Source: Gammaproteobacteria bacterium (GTDB lineage Bacteria > Pseudomonadota > Gammaproteobacteria > Eutrophobiales > Eutrophobiaceae). From it: a stretch of 64,000 nt of DNA. Both the position numbers and the translations under genes were made by a program. The notes beneath the pieces are model-generated. The model was given only the letters and a program-made list of their open reading frames with translations, was not told the origin of the DNA and searched no databases. This document shows, in pieces, positions 63,622-64,000 of this stretch (position 1 is the first letter of the stretch; every line of letters starts with the position of its first letter). The stretch is taken from contig OZ241853.1 of assembly GCA_965202685.1 (NCBI GenBank), positions 27,381 through 91,380 of the forward strand, written 5' to 3'.

Positions 63622-64000
63622 CCAGCCGTTCCAGGTCCACCCTGCCGGCCTGGAATGAATGGCCCGTCTTGATGGAGCTGACGGTGACCCGGGCCGGACT
63701 GAACAGCATGGGATCGATTTCGTAGAAATCGTAGTCGGCGCGTTTCAGCGTCTCGGCAAAGGGGGGGCCGTAATCCTTGGACGCGCTGCTGGGCAGATCG
63801 TAGGCCAATTTCTCGGCCTGCTCGTCCTCGGCGTCCACGAAGAGATGGACCTGTCCGGCGAACAGGATGGCGTCATTGGTGCGGCTCATGGCCGTCAGAA
63901 AATTCGGGGCCGGCGGGCTCAGGGGCGCGCTGCCTAGGCCGTCGACGATCTTTTCCAAGGGAAAACGCAAGGCGTGGGCCTTGTGCAAAGCGGTTTCCAA
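63593..64000 (-). CDS. mch: methenyl-H4MPT cyclohydrolase, C-terminal part (gene starts beyond the right edge)
   Basis: ...[70 protein letters not shown]... The first track codon is simply the window edge. Confidence 0.85.
   Translation of the reverse strand: METALHKAHALRFPLEKIVDGLGSAPLSPPAPNFLTAMSRTNDAILFAGQVHLFVDAEDEQAEKLAYDLPSSASKDYGPPFAETLKRADYDFYEIDPMLFSPARVTVSSIKTGHSFQAGRVDLERLDESFTGTFS

Overview
High-GC bacterial chromosome segment (about 60-65% GC, estimated by eye). The host is probably a methylotrophic or methanotrophic proteobacterium, because fae, mch and an H4MPT-linked CitG-like gene sit at the right edge. The window divides into seven parts. (1) 1-7.6 kb is the inner end of a defence island next to tRNA-Ser(UGA). 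It holds a partial BREX type 3 operon, brxF-brxC-[extra AlbA_2/wHTH gene]-pglXI, and the methylase runs off the left edge and is missing from the ORF track. (2) 8.2-15.1 kb is housekeeping (DUF1499, BI-1/YccA, pntAA-pntAB-pntB, serS), interspersed with GC-rich tandem hairpin repeats. (3) 15.2-20.2 kb is an AT-richer insert with two tandem paralogous single-chain nuclease/N6-methylase/single-TRD genes that abut the serS start codon. (4) 20.6-33.9 kb is housekeeping (ispD, ftsB, eno, kdsA, pyrG, FMN alpha-hydroxyacid dehydrogenase, MBL hydrolase, SDR, cupredoxin, glcB, argS). (5) 33.9-41.0 kb is a decaying tandem array of S8 subtilase autotransporters: one remnant, two intact copies, and one upstream unit cut off by the phage end. 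(6) 41.03-60.82 kb is a 19.8-kb Mu-like transposable element bounded by 50-bp inverted repeats. It has intact regulation, transposition and lysis genes and a complete non-contractile tail module, but no head or packaging genes. It has no target-site duplication and its flanks do not match each other. A conserved 39-nt dyad motif sits in front of both the lysis and the tail operons. (7) 60.85-64.0 kb holds an HpnL/UPF0104-like membrane protein, fae, a CitG-like gene and mch (partial). The most interesting items are the head-less Mu-like element (possible tailocin-like domestication versus decay), the paired R-M-half-S fusion genes, and the extra gene inside the BREX-3 operon. All family assignments come from motif and sequence recognition by eye. 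No database search was run.
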